Shown: one piece after another, positions 40,042 through 49,574 of the stretch | How the letters are laid out: every line of letters begins with the position of its first letter | Position numbering within the stretch: the first letter of the stretch is position 1 | Source of the DNA: Bryobacterales bacterium | GTDB lineage: Bacteria > Acidobacteriota > Terriglobia > Bryobacterales > Bryobacteraceae | Assembly (NCBI GenBank): GCA_963810595.1 | Contig: CAWEOG010000018.1 | Coordinates: 85,391 to 149,390 of the forward strand | Length of the DNA stretch: 64,000 nucleotides | Reading direction: 5' to 3' | The notes under the pieces: model-generated | Database searches by the model: none | Told to the model about the DNA's origin: nothing | The model's input: only the letters and a program-made list of their open reading frames with translations | Position numbers and translations under genes: made by a program

Positions 40042-42025
40042 AACCCAACTTCCGCAGCCCGGTGCTAGGCTCGACTTTTTTGATGCCTCTTGAAGACTGC
40101 ATGGCGGCCCGAACATGAAGGCGGCCTTTTGTTTTCAGTGTGGCGGTTTTGGTGCGCTGGATTCTCCCACTGGAACGGTGATGTAGTGAAGACCAACCCC
40201 CTTGAAAAGGCGCTGCAGATCCGTAGGATTGCATTATGTACCTGCGGCGCTGTTACCGGGAAAAGGACGGCAAGCGGCACGCATATTGGGCTTTGGTGGA
40301 GAGCTACCGGACGGCTCGCGGACCTCGGCAGCGCGTGGTGGCCTACCTTGGCGAGTTGGACGGGCACGGCCGCCTGGGTGTCCAGCATTGCGCTTTGGGC
40401 GGGAAGTCGGGTTGGCAGGCAGATCTCTTTCAAGACGCCAGGCCCGAGTATGTTGAGGTCGACTTGAAGGGCGTACGGGTGGAGCGCAGCCGCCAGTTTG
40501 GCGGTTGCTGGCTGGGCTTGACGCTGCTGCGTCAGTTGGGCTTGGACGAAGTCTTGGAGCAACTACTGCCGCCGGGTCGTGAAGAAGTGCCGTGGGCGGT
40601 GATGTCGCTGGTGTTGGTGCTGGGACGGCTGATGGAGCCTTCCAGCGAACTGCATTTGGCCGAGCACGGCTACGAGGCCAGCGCGTTGGCAGAGCTTCTC
40701 GGCGTGCCGGCGGCGAAGGTCAATGACGACCGGCTCTACCGCGCGCTGGACCAGTTGCTGCCTCACAAGCGAGCACTGGAGAAACATCTGAAGGATAAGC
40801 TGGGCGAGATATTTCAGCTCGACTACGACTTACTGCTCTATGACGTCACCAGCACATACTTTGAAGGCGAGGCGGCGGGCAATCCACAGGCGCAACGCGG
40901 CTATTCACGCGATCACCGGCCGGACTGCAAACAAGTCAACATCGCGCTCGTTGTCAGCCGTGGAGGCCTGCCATTGGGGTACGAAGTGTTTGCCGGCAAT
41001 CGCAACGACGTAACTACCGTGGAAGAGATCGTCGAAGCGATGGAGGAGCAGTACGGCAAGGCGAACCGGATCTGGGTGATGGATCGCGGAATGGTCTCGG
41101 CCGACAATGTGGAGTTTCTCAAGCGGGGCGGACGGCGCTACATCCTGGGCACGGCCAAAGGAATGCTGCGTAAGTTCGAGCAGCAGTTACTGGCCGGCGA
41201 TTGGCGTGAGGTCCACGAAGGCCTGGAAGTGAAACTGTGCCCGGCGCCGGACGGAGATGAAGTGTTCATTTTGTGTCGCAGCGCACAGCGCCGGGAGAAA
41301 GAACAGGCCATGCACGATCGTTTCGAGCGGCGCATCGAACAGAAGCTGGAGGCGTTGTCGGAGAACTGCCGGAAACGGAAACAGAACCCGCTGCTGGTGG
41401 CGCAACGGGTAGGTAAGTTGATGGGACAGAATACGCGTGCGGCCGGGCTATTCCAGGTGGAGATCGAGCCGGACGAGCAAGGGCGGGCGCGTTTGCGATG
41501 GAGTAAGCGCAGCGATTGGCGGGACTGGGCGCGGTTGAGCGAGGGCTGCTACCTGCTTCGTAGCAACGTCACCGACTGGACGGGCGAAGAACTCTGGCGC
41601 GCCTACATCCAGTTGACCGAGGCCGAGGCGGCGTTTCGCCTGCACAAGAGCGATCTGGTGATGCGGCCCATCTGGCATCAGAAAGAGCATCGTGTGCAGG
41701 CCCACATTCTGGTCTGCTTCCTCGCCTACGTACTATGGAAAACGATCGGGCGCCTCTGCCATCAAGCCGGTCTGGGCGACGAACCGCGGAAGGTTTTTGC
41801 CGAACTACAACAGGTCTGCCTGGTCGACGTGTTACTGCCGACACGCAACGGGCCGACGATCCGCAAGCGCTGTGTCAGCCGGCCCACCGAGCACCAGGCG
41901 ATTCTGTTGCAGCGGCTCGGCCTGGAACTCCCCACAAGCATCGAAATCGCGGCGATGTAGTGAAGACTTCACTGCCTCTGCATTGTAGGGAAAGGACTTA
42001 CCGGTCGAACTGCGGAAGTTGGGTT
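40042..42025 (+). mobile_element. IS1634-like (IS4 superfamily) insertion sequence
   Basis: 1984 bp with perfect 16-bp terminal inverted repeats: aacccaacttccgcag at 40042-40057, and its reverse complement at 42010-42025. Removing it restores ADH ..DQAKV|KAGEWV.. No obvious target-site duplication. Confidence 0.8.
40236..41960 (+). CDS. IS1634/IS4-family DDE transposase
   Basis: 574 aa, with ..LLLYDVTSTYFEG..RGYSRDHRPDCKQVNIALVV..IWVMDRGMVS..YIQLTEAEAAFRLHKSDL. Confidence 0.85.
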   Translation: MYLRRCYREKDGKRHAYWALVESYRTARGPRQRVVAYLGELDGHGRLGVQHCALGGKSGWQADLFQDARPEYVEVDLKGVRVERSRQFGGCWLGLTLLRQLGLDEVLEQLLPPGREEVPWAVMSLVLVLGRLMEPSSELHLAEHGYEASALAELLGVPAAKVNDDRLYRALDQLLPHKRALEKHLKDKLGEIFQLDYDLLLYDVTSTYFEGEAAGNPQAQRGYSRDHRPDCKQVNIALVVSRGGLPLGYEVFAGNRNDVTTVEEIVEAMEEQYGKANRIWVMDRGMVSADNVEFLKRGGRRYILGTAKGMLRKFEQQLLAGDWREVHEGLEVKLCPAPDGDEVFILCRSAQRREKEQAMHDRFERRIEQKLEALSENCRKRKQNPLLVAQRVGKLMGQNTRAAGLFQVEIEPDEQGRARLRWSKRSDWRDWARLSEGCYLLRSNVTDWTGEELWRAYIQLTEAEAAFRLHKSDLVMRPIWHQKEHRVQAHILVCFLAYVLWKTIGRLCHQAGLGDEPRKVFAELQQVCLVDVLLPTRNGPTIRKRCVSRPTEHQAILLQRLGLELPTSIEIAAM

Positions 42026-42711
42026 AACCTTGGCTTGGTCGACTATACCGTGCCAGGAGGTCATGAAGCGGCAACCCATGCCCGCGGCATGCACGAAGGA
42101 GATCGACTCGGGCAGCGGCACAAGGTTGACGGCCGCACGCGAAACCTTGGCATAGCGACCGAACCCACCTGTGTAGTGGAACATGGGAAAACGAACATTC
42201 AGGCATACGTTCTGGTGGCCGTCCTGGCATTGCTCGCACACCCCACAGCTATGGTTGAACGGCACCACAACGCGATCTCCTTTCTTGAAACCGTCCACTT
42301 CTCCTTCTCCCATTCGCGGAGTCCGTTCCCCCGCCCGCAGGTTTCGGCGCTACGAACTCCGCAGCTCCTACGGCATAGATGCTTCCTTTTGGCTTGCGCC
42401 TGAACCGGGATTTCCTGATTTGGGTCTTCCAGATGGGCCGAGTTTACACCCAAACCGGGTCTGCTGACGTTGAGGTTGTTGGAACCAGCAACGTCACGGT
42501 GACGGGTGGCGGTGTCCCGCTCTTCGCTGCCTGGAGGCGACCCAAGCAAGAAGTTAAGGGGCCGACCACGGTCCACCACCTCCAGTCATCGAGGCTCTTC
42601 GTTCCACGGACCACGGTCCAGACCGTCCGCGGTGAACTGGCGTCCTGTAACCCGTGGAGAGTTCCGAAAGTCGCGGGGTGACGCACTCCGCGGCGATATA
42701 CTGAGTTACTT

Positions 42712-43233
42712 ATGGCGTTGTCAAAATGCCGTGAATGCAATCAACAGGTGAGCACCGAAGCAGCGGCATGTCCGCATTGTGGGGCTCCCGATCCCGCGCG
42801 GGCGGTCTGGAGAGGGCGTGGTTTCGAATGGAAGTCACAGACCGAGGTCTGGGGCTTTCCCCTGGTTCACGTCGCGTTCGGCCGGGACGAGAATCGAAAA
42901 CTCCGCGTGGCAAAGGGCATCATCGCCATAGGCCAGTTCGGCGTGGGATTGATCACCTTCGCCCAGGTCGGCGTCGGCATCGTTTTTGGATTCGGGCAGG
43001 TGCTGTTCGGCCTGAGCGCCATCGCCCAGGTGGCGATCACCGCACTGTTCGGTGTGGGGCAGTTGGCGACCGGCTACGTCGCCATCGGACAGCTCGCCTT
43101 GGGGGTCTACGTCCTGGCCCAACTCGGCTTTGGCGAGCACTTGTGGACCCCGAACGTACACGACCCGGCGGCGCTGCTGTACTTCAAGCACCTCTGGGAA
43201 CAGGTACGTTCCTTCTTCGGTTGGGGCTGTTGA
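42712..43233 (+). CDS. Zinc-ribbon domain membrane protein
   Basis: CRECNQQVSTEAAACPHCG is followed by Gly-rich hydrophobic repeats (GQFGVGLITFAQVGVGIVFGFGQ..). Confidence 0.6.
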   Translation: MALSKCRECNQQVSTEAAACPHCGAPDPARAVWRGRGFEWKSQTEVWGFPLVHVAFGRDENRKLRVAKGIIAIGQFGVGLITFAQVGVGIVFGFGQVLFGLSAIAQVAITALFGVGQLATGYVAIGQLALGVYVLAQLGFGEHLWTPNVHDPAALLYFKHLWEQVRSFFGWGC

Positions 43234-43475
43234 TTCGTTTCCAGCCTGCCGCGGTTTTCGGGCGGTCACCGAACGCTTCGATTCCTCCGAGACGGGGACG
43301 GAGTCGGAGTCGTCGTACAAAATACAAAATTGCCATATTGGTGGGTAATTTTTGGACAGGGTGCCTCATTATTGCATACCCAAGAATTTCGCCATACCCT
43401 GCGTAATCCGTTAGGTTTGAATAGCTTGTACTTTATGGTACGGTTTGTGCGGTGTTGGATTGAGGAGGTACCACT

Positions 43476-45032
43476 ATGTCAGGATCTCGAACCAAGTGGA
43501 TCGCTTTGTTGACCGGGCTGAGCCTTGCTTTGGCTCTTCCGGCCCAGGAGGCGAATCCCACCCAGAAAGATACCTCACCCGACTCGAATCCCAGCGGTTC
43601 GGTGCCAATTTACAAGTTGAATGTCGTCTCGCGCACCGTCAGGGCCATCAATTACCACCACCGGCAGGGGTTCACCAGCATCGACTTCCGCGGCACGGAA
43701 TTGATGCCGCGCGCCGAGGGGAGCGCCAGGGTGGAGAGCAACATCGGTTCCACCAAGATTGAAGCGGATTTCCGCCAGATGCGGCCCGCTCAGGAGTTTG
43801 GTTCCGAGTTTCTCACCTACGTGCTGTGGGCGATCACCCCGGAAGGCAGGGCTCAGAACCTGGGAGAAGTAAGACTTGACGGGGATCACGCCAATCTTCT
43901 GGCAACTACCGAATTGCAGAGTTTTGGCATGATTGTGACCGCTGAGCCGTACTTCGCCGTTACCCAGCCGAGCGACGTGGTGGTGATGGAGAACTTTGTC
44001 CGTAAGGACACCACCGGTACGTTCGAGTACGTTGACGCCAAATACCAGTTACTGAGACGAGGTTCCTATGTTCGCACCGTGGAGCCGTCGGACGTCGAGC
44101 CGGTGAAGCGCGGCAACACCATCCCGCTCGAACTTCAGGAAGCCCATAACGCCTTGGCGATCGCACGAGCGGCCGGCGCCGACTGGTACGCCAAAGACAC
44201 TCTCCAAAAGGCGCTGCTGGACTATCAGAACGCGGCCGATTTTTACAGCAGCGGCTCGAATGAAAAGAAAGTGCAAACCCTCGCGCGCGAAGCCACCCAG
44301 CTTTCCGAAGACGCCCGGCTCATCTCCATCCGCACGCACCGCGAACAGCAGCAGGCTCAATTAAAATCGGAAACGCAGGAGGCCAGGCAGGCTGTTCAAC
44401 AGGCACGAGCCCGCGCCGACCGGGCCGACCAGGAGAGGCAGCAGGCCCAGGCGAATGAGGTGGCCGCCAGGATGGAGGCCCAAGCCGCGCGGCAGCGTCA
44501 GGCCCGGTCTGAAGACCAACCAGTAAGTGTTACTTCGCCACGCGCCACTGACGGACAGGGCCGGCTCGAATCCGACCGGCAGCGGACGAGGCTGCGGTCC
44601 GAGCTTCGCCGCCTGTTGAATGGCGTCTACGAAACGCGCGAGACGGCTCGTGGATTCATCATGACCATGCCGGACGCGTCTTTCGGAGCCGGTGACTACT
44701 CGCTGAGGCCGGAAGCGCGCGAGAAACTGGCAAAATTGTCAGGAATGTTTCTGGCGCATCCCGACTTAAAGATGGATGTAATCGGTTACCCCGACAATAA
44801 CGGGAACCAGAAATCCAACCAGGAGTTGTCAGAATACCGGGCAAAAGCCGTGCGCGCTTACCTGATTTCCCAGGGCATTTCGTCATACGATGTCAATGTC
44901 AACGGTTTCGACGCATCCCACGCGGTTGCGCCGGAAGTCTCGCATGCCAGCCGCGGCGTGGAGGTGGTTGTTACCGAGGGCAGCATCGAATCGGAGTTGT
45001 CGGAGGAACTGAGCCAGCTTCGAACGCAATGA
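43476..45032 (+). CDS. OmpA-family outer-membrane-associated protein with a coiled-coil linker
   Basis: Signal peptide, then a Q/A/R-rich coiled coil. The C-terminus ..FGAGDYSLRPEAREKLAKLSGMFLAHPDLKMDVIGYPDN..EYRAKAVRAYLISQG is OmpA_C-like. Confidence 0.8.
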   Translation: MSGSRTKWIALLTGLSLALALPAQEANPTQKDTSPDSNPSGSVPIYKLNVVSRTVRAINYHHRQGFTSIDFRGTELMPRAEGSARVESNIGSTKIEADFRQMRPAQEFGSEFLTYVLWAITPEGRAQNLGEVRLDGDHANLLATTELQSFGMIVTAEPYFAVTQPSDVVVMENFVRKDTTGTFEYVDAKYQLLRRGSYVRTVEPSDVEPVKRGNTIPLELQEAHNALAIARAAGADWYAKDTLQKALLDYQNAADFYSSGSNEKKVQTLAREATQLSEDARLISIRTHREQQQAQLKSETQEARQAVQQARARADRADQERQQAQANEVAARMEAQAARQRQARSEDQPVSVTSPRATDGQGRLESDRQRTRLRSELRRLLNGVYETRETARGFIMTMPDASFGAGDYSLRPEAREKLAKLSGMFLAHPDLKMDVIGYPDNNGNQKSNQELSEYRAKAVRAYLISQGISSYDVNVNGFDASHAVAPEVSHASRGVEVVVTEGSIESELSEELSQLRTQ

Positions 45033-45216
45033 CAGCCAGGTCGCGGCTTCGGATGTCGGGCGCCCAAGTGGACCTGCAACCGATTGAGATCTCCCTGCCA
45101 GGGTGGAGGGCCTTGCAGCCATTTCCGTTTCCATCCGGGAGGGCATCTTTCAGAGGATGCTGGCTTCCGGATGAGCCCTGGCGGGTGTTTCACAGGCAAC
45201 ACCGGCCCGAAGGCCG

Positions 45217-45251
45217 GTGGCACCTGACACAGGCTGGAAAGCCTGTGCCAC
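45217..45251. repeat. REP-like palindromic element, copy 2
   Basis: gtggcacctgacacaggctggaaagcctgtgccac. The inner stem CACAGGCT-GGAA-AGCCTGTG is perfect here. It differs from copy 1 by one base. Confidence 0.75.
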
Positions 45252-45568
45252 CGCAACCTGGCTTTTCGACCACACAACCAACCCCCGGGCGCAGGATGCA
45301 CCGCTGGCCGGAACTCCATCACCTTACGTCTCGTCGCGGAAGCGCACCCGTTATCGAAATCCCCTTGCTTGCGCGCGGGGCTCAATTTGGGTGACGCCGT
45401 GACGCAGAGCCGGCCCGATCGACGATGTCGTTGGCCAACGACGGTACCAGGCGGCATTGCAGATGCCGCCGTTCTGGTTCCAGGGTTGCACGGCGGTCTC
45501 GTTGCTAAAGGGCAAGTTATTGAAGATGCGGGTCAGGTTGGTTGTAACCCTCAAGAGGGGGACCGGGG

Positions 45569-45617
45569 ACCGATCAAGAATGGTGGACGGTTGACGGTGG
45601 ACGGTGGTCGGTTGAAG
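45569..45617. repeat. Heptanucleotide tandem array, block 1 (GGTGGAC-like x5) behind the anchor ccgatcaagaat
   Basis: ccgatcaagaat ggtggac ggttgac ggtggac ggtggtc ggttgaa. Confidence 0.7.
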
Positions 45618-45660
45618 GTATCCAGACAATTGTTCTTCGAGGCACTGGGCCCTGGACGGG

Positions 45661-45708
45661 CCGATCAAGAATGGTGGCCGGGGGTCGGTGGCCGGTGGCC
45701 GGTTGGGG
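45661..45708. repeat. Heptanucleotide tandem array, block 2 (GGTGGCC-like x5) behind the same anchor
   Basis: ccgatcaagaat ggtggcc gggggtc ggtggcc ggtggcc ggttggg. Confidence 0.7.
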
Positions 45709-46020
45709 AAGAACTTCCAGATGAGTGGACTGTGCTCGGACGACAACCGGAGACCCCGGGCGGGCAGCTTTGGATTCAGGCGGAAAAGGGGAAATGCGTG
45801 AGTATCACGGTGCCCGTATCAAACCCAAGAGGAGCACCGTAAGCGGTCTCAAGGGCCTTTGTGGTTCCTGATCTGTTCCTCTCGATCTCGGCAGACCTCT
45901 CTCCGAGTCGCCTGTGATACGCCCCGGGCCGGTAAACACTGGGCCGCGTGTCGATTTGGGAAATAAAAGGCAGCAGGCAGCGTCGCGCGCACTCAGCCCC
46001 TTGCATGTCGCAAATCCGCG

Positions 46021-46052
46021 CCGTATACTGAACCACATGGTTCAGTATACGG
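46021..46052. promoter_or_regulatory. Perfect 15+15 bp palindrome over the ArsR-family start codon (candidate autoregulatory operator)
   Basis: CCGTATACTGAACCA-ca-TGGTTCAGTATACGG. The ATG at 46037 lies in the centre. Confidence 0.55.
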
Positions 46053-46402
46053 GAACCGTCCTGGATACTTCGTTCGCGGCGCTCTCGGATGCCACCCGAC
46101 GCGGCGTTCTCGAACAACTCGGACGCGCGGACGCTTCGATCACGGACCTTGCCGAGAAGTTTCACATGACCCTGACGGGCATGAAGAAGCACGTCGGCGT
46201 CCTGGAGCAGGCGGGGCTCGTCACCACAGAGAAGGTCGGGCGCGTGCGGAACTGCAAGCTCGGCCGGCGCGGACTGGAGGAAGAGGCGGCATGGATCGAG
46301 AGTTACCGCCGGCGCTGGGCCGCACGCTTCGATGATTTGGATAAACTCATCGAGGAAATGAAACAGAAGGAGAAAGCCGATGGACGCAAGAAAAGATCGT
46401 GA
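46037..46402 (+). CDS. ArsR/SmtB-family transcriptional regulator
   Basis: ..FAALSDATRRGVLEQLGRADASITDLAEKFHMTLTGMKKHVGVLEQAGLVTTEKVGR is a winged HTH. Confidence 0.8.
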   Translation: MVQYTGTVLDTSFAALSDATRRGVLEQLGRADASITDLAEKFHMTLTGMKKHVGVLEQAGLVTTEKVGRVRNCKLGRRGLEEEAAWIESYRRRWAARFDDLDKLIEEMKQKEKADGRKKRS

Positions 46403-46907
46403 GATCAACCCCTCAAAGTACGACACGACAGTGGAACGGAAATCCGAGCGTGAGCTCGTCGTGACTCGAACCTTCAACGGTCCGGCGCATATTGTCTTCG
46501 ATGCGTGGACCAAACCCGAACTGCTCAAGCGGTGGTGGGTACCGAAGTCGTTTGGAGCGTCCTTCCTTTCCTGCGAGGCCGATGTTCGTACGGGGGGCAC
46601 GTACCGTTTCGTGTTCAGTCACCCTTCCTCAGAGCAGCCTATGCCATTCTTTGGCAGGTACGTCGAAGTGACTCCGGGCTCCCGCCTCGTCTGGACGAAT
46701 GACGAAGGTGATGAGGATGGGCCCGTCACCACCGTGACCTTCGAAGAAAGGGGTGGCGAGACGCTCGTCGTTATACACGAACTCTATCCCTCAAAAAAAG
46801 CCCTCGACGATGCAATGGCCTCTGGGAGTATAAGTTGGTCTGGCGAGCAGTTTGAGCAGTTGGACCAGCTTCTCGCCACCCTGGGAGCGAGCGTGGAATG
46901 GTCATGA
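46380..46907 (+). CDS. SRPBCC (AHSA1/START-like) domain protein
   Basis: ..ELVVTRTFNGPAHIVFDAWTKPELLKRWW..GGTYRFVF..GRYVEVTPGSRLVWT. This is the usual partner of ArsR-type regulators. Confidence 0.8.
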   Translation: MDARKDREINPSKYDTTVERKSERELVVTRTFNGPAHIVFDAWTKPELLKRWWVPKSFGASFLSCEADVRTGGTYRFVFSHPSSEQPMPFFGRYVEVTPGSRLVWTNDEGDEDGPVTTVTFEERGGETLVVIHELYPSKKALDDAMASGSISWSGEQFEQLDQLLATLGASVEWS

Positions 46908-46959
46908 AGTCATCCATCTTGGCGTCGGCTGCCCGGCTATGAGTAGGCGTCCAACTTTC

Positions 46960-48402
46960 CTACGTATACGTCTTGTCTCCGCCGGTCTGCGAATCCCAAT
47001 ACGTCGTAGGATCGGTGAAGAACTCACCCTGCCTGCAGAGTGGGCGCATCGCTTCTTCGTTGACTTTGATGCCCAAGCCGGGCCCCGTCGGAACGGGGAT
47101 GTAACCCTTAACCACGAGGTCCCCTGCATCGGTTATGTCTTTGTGCCAGGCTGGCTGCGGCTGGTGCCATTCCATGGCGAGGAAGTTTTGGCAGGCGGCT
47201 ATCGCGTGCGCGCCGGCTGCGTAGCCGATGGGGGTGGCGTTGCTGTGGACCATCATCCCCACCGAATATTTGGCCGCCATGTCGGCGGTCTTCTTCAATT
47301 CGAGACAGCCGCCGATAACCAGGTGATCCGGGTGGATATAATCGACTGCACGCGCTTGACAAAGCGGTTCCAGCGATTCCATCAGGTAGGCGTCTTCGCC
47401 GGTCAAGGTGGGCACCCTGATCGAATTGGTGATGAGCTTCCACTCCTCCACCCGGAACCACGGGACCATGTCCTCCAAATACGACGGAGTGACCCTCTCC
47501 AGCGCGTTAGCCAGCTTGATGCAACTTTTCGCGGTGAGGTGCCCGAAATGGTCGTGAGCCATGGGGATGTCGGCGGCGTCGCCCATGGCTTCCTTGATCG
47601 ACGCGACGTAGTCGGCTACGAGTTCACATCCCTTGTCGCTGATCTCCAATCCCTGATAGTAGTTCTCGGGGCCTTCCCCAGGTTCCCCGTTATAGCCTTC
47701 CGGCGCAAACATCGTGCCCCGCTTGCCTTGGAGGATGCGAGCTACGCCCAAGTCCATTTTGAGCATCGTAAATCCCGCGGCGACTCTCTCCTTATAATCG
47801 GCGGCGATGTCTTTGATGTCGTTCGAGCGCGACGATCCCTCGGTGTACATGCGGACCTTGTCGCGAAATTTCCCGCCAAGCATTTGATAGATTGGCACGC
47901 CGTAAGCTTTGCCGGCCAGATCCCACAACGCGTTCTCAATCGCGTTGACGCCGCTCCCCCGACGGTTATACGCACCGTGAATCTTGATCTTGCGGAAGAT
48001 CTTGTCAACGTTGCAGGGATTCTCGCCGACCACCCGGGTCTTATGCGTCAGCACGTAGTTGGGCTGGGGGCCGTCCCCAATCGTCTGGCCGTAACCCGAA
48101 ATTCCCTGATTGGTATCGATTCGGACGACGATCGTGCCGCCCGAGGCTCCTCCCGTGCCTGGAGTCGCAGGAGGCAGCGGTCCCCTGCCGCCGCGTGCGC
48201 CCGCTCGACCGGCGGGCGCTTGGCCTCCCGGCCCTCTCAGAACGGCGATGCGCATGTCAGTGACTTTCAAATCCGAAGGAATTGAATTCCGGTTGACATT
48301 CTGGGGATACGCTTCGAAGTCAGCCAAGAGGCCAAGCCCCGCAGCTGCCGCGCCCCTGCTCAGAAGCGAACGTCGCGCAATTGCGTTTTCTTTTGTGGAC
48401 AT
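46960..48402 (-). CDS. Enolase-superfamily enzyme with a Tat signal and a low-complexity insertion
   Basis: ARRSLLSRGAAAAGLGLL.. at the N-terminus. The G/A/P/R-rich stretch GPGGQAPAGRAGARGGRGPLPPATPGTGGASGG precedes TIVVRIDTNQGISGYGQ, followed by the barrel domain. Confidence 0.8.
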   Translation of the reverse strand: MSTKENAIARRSLLSRGAAAAGLGLLADFEAYPQNVNRNSIPSDLKVTDMRIAVLRGPGGQAPAGRAGARGGRGPLPPATPGTGGASGGTIVVRIDTNQGISGYGQTIGDGPQPNYVLTHKTRVVGENPCNVDKIFRKIKIHGAYNRRGSGVNAIENALWDLAGKAYGVPIYQMLGGKFRDKVRMYTEGSSRSNDIKDIAADYKERVAAGFTMLKMDLGVARILQGKRGTMFAPEGYNGEPGEGPENYYQGLEISDKGCELVADYVASIKEAMGDAADIPMAHDHFGHLTAKSCIKLANALERVTPSYLEDMVPWFRVEEWKLITNSIRVPTLTGEDAYLMESLEPLCQARAVDYIHPDHLVIGGCLELKKTADMAAKYSVGMMVHSNATPIGYAAGAHAIAACQNFLAMEWHQPQPAWHKDITDAGDLVVKGYIPVPTGPGLGIKVNEEAMRPLCRQGEFFTDPTTYWDSQTGGDKTYT

Positions 48403-48983
48403 CTAATCTCCTTTCCGCCAGCAAGTCCTACTCACGTGTGGAACAGGTCCATTCTCTCATCACATAAGGTATCCGAAATTGAATCTCGAAGATGCTCGCC
48501 CGCTCCGAAGTTCAATCCTAGGAGTATAGCTTGGCCGGCTCGATTACGCTGGTGTTCGCAAGTGGCGTTGTCCGCGGCGCTACGGCATTGAGAACACCAC
48601 CGACCAAGTGCGCCGGACGGGCGCTGTTCGACGAGACGCGACGCCGTGTGCACCAAGCGGATTGTGGGCCACTCGTACAAAGTGGGCGGACAGGTCCCCG
48701 CAAGTCGGCTTGCATGCAGTTTCTGTGCCGGCTGGAGGATGACAACTCCGCGTTACGCGGTTGAAGAGTGCTCGCCGAGGATCAGGAGGAGATGGCCGGT
48801 GGTCAGTGTCCGGTGGCAGGTCGCGAACTGAGTGATGTTGCCGGGCGGCACCGCGTGTGGAAGCGGCTTTGCCGCGCGCTCCCTGGATGGGACGCGGTAC
48901 TCCTTCCACTCCGCTTCGCTCGGGACGCAGAACCATGTCCCCGACCGGTGGTTGGCGGTTGCGGGGATTTGGGAAGTAGCCGG

Positions 48984-49340
48984 GTGTATGCCGAGCACGA
49001 CTCCGCCGGAGTGCGAAATGAGAATTCCAGCACCCAGGTCCCCATTTTTCCCGCTCACAACGGTGGCTGTAGCCGGCGTGAGTTCTTCTGCTTGACCGGC
49101 GCCGTCGCGGCGGGCGCCATTTGGGGGCAAAATGGGGTCATGGCCGCGGAAACTTGGTCCCCCATCGGCATCCTGCTCGCCACCACGTTCACCACAGGGA
49201 CGCTCGAAGCGCGGCTGGATGCGGCCAATGACGTCACGCCACCGCACGCCTGCCTGGGGTCCCCTCTGGTTGTCCGGCAATTGTTCGATGTGCTTTCGCT
49301 GGAGAAGAGTCTGAGGGCCGCAGGCATCCAGTTAACGTAG
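48984..49340 (+). pseudogene. N-terminal fragment of a Tat-exported xylose-isomerase-like TIM-barrel protein, truncated at the islet border
   Basis: Within ORF 48768..49340: ..CSRREFFCLTGAVAAGAIWG (twin-arginine motif), then WSPIGILLATTFTTGTLEARLDAA.. There is a stop after about 118 codons where G+C drops. The start (GTG at 48984 or 49011) is uncertain. A competing minus-strand ORF exists. Confidence 0.35.
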
Positions 49341-49574
49341 TCTACGGTTGTCCCAGGCGGACTAACTGCGGGTTGGCAATACATTGCCCCCACAGAGTAG
49401 CGCCCACACAGACAAGACTAACGAGGGTCAACAAACTAAAGGCTCCTAACTAATATGAATTACATAACTCTGGCTAATTAGGGTTGACATTGTTGTAAAT
49501 TTGCGCTCGTGCTAAACTAGCGTCGGCAAGTAGACCCCCACTGGGACCCCGTTCCAACCTCGAAAGGGAAAGAC

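Larger units (their letters stand above)
38831..42313 (-). pseudogene. Zn-dependent alcohol dehydrogenase (MDR family) interrupted by two separate IS insertions; 5' end also degraded
   Basis: The three pieces are 42313-42026 (..GDRVVVPFNHSCGVCEQCQDGHQNVC..HGIVDQAKV), 40041-39910 ([44 protein letters not shown]) and 39250-38831 (LGAETTVNATED..VITQW). They join in frame once both IS elements are removed. Confidence 0.8.

Noticed and set aside
42314-42711. Search for the missing N-terminal ~60 codons of the interrupted alcohol dehydrogenase
   Set aside because: None of the three minus-strand frames gives the expected GHE..G..V..G.GV region or the catalytic-zinc Cys/His context. The segment is either deleted or beyond recognition.
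45217-45402. ORFs beginning MAPDTGWKA at 4977 and 45217, which might look like a conserved small protein
   Set aside because: The shared residues are just the translation of the 35-nt REP-like element. Similarity stops where the repeat stops.
45569-45708. CRISPR-like appearance of repeated blocks
   Set aside because: The units are 7 nt and contiguous, with no spacers of CRISPR size, and there are no cas genes in the window.
46852-48285. 477-aa plus-strand ORF
   Set aside because: It is antisense to the enolase-superfamily gene 46960..48402, which has a Tat signal and family motifs.
48430-49010. Minus-strand ORFs (48753..49280, 48580..48936, 48432..48680) that could be a decayed cupin + HTH (AraC-like) regulator
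   Set aside because: The motif matches are weak and spread over three frames. The region also competes with the plus-strand ORF carrying a clear twin-arginine signal. It is left unannotated.
49484-49518. Sigma-70-type promoter upstream of the toxin gene (TTGACA at 49484, TAAACT at 49513)
   Set aside because: The spacing is 23 nt. A better-spaced alternative (TTGTTG-17 nt-TGcTAAACT) is weak. The promoter consensus for this phylum is not established, so no call was made.
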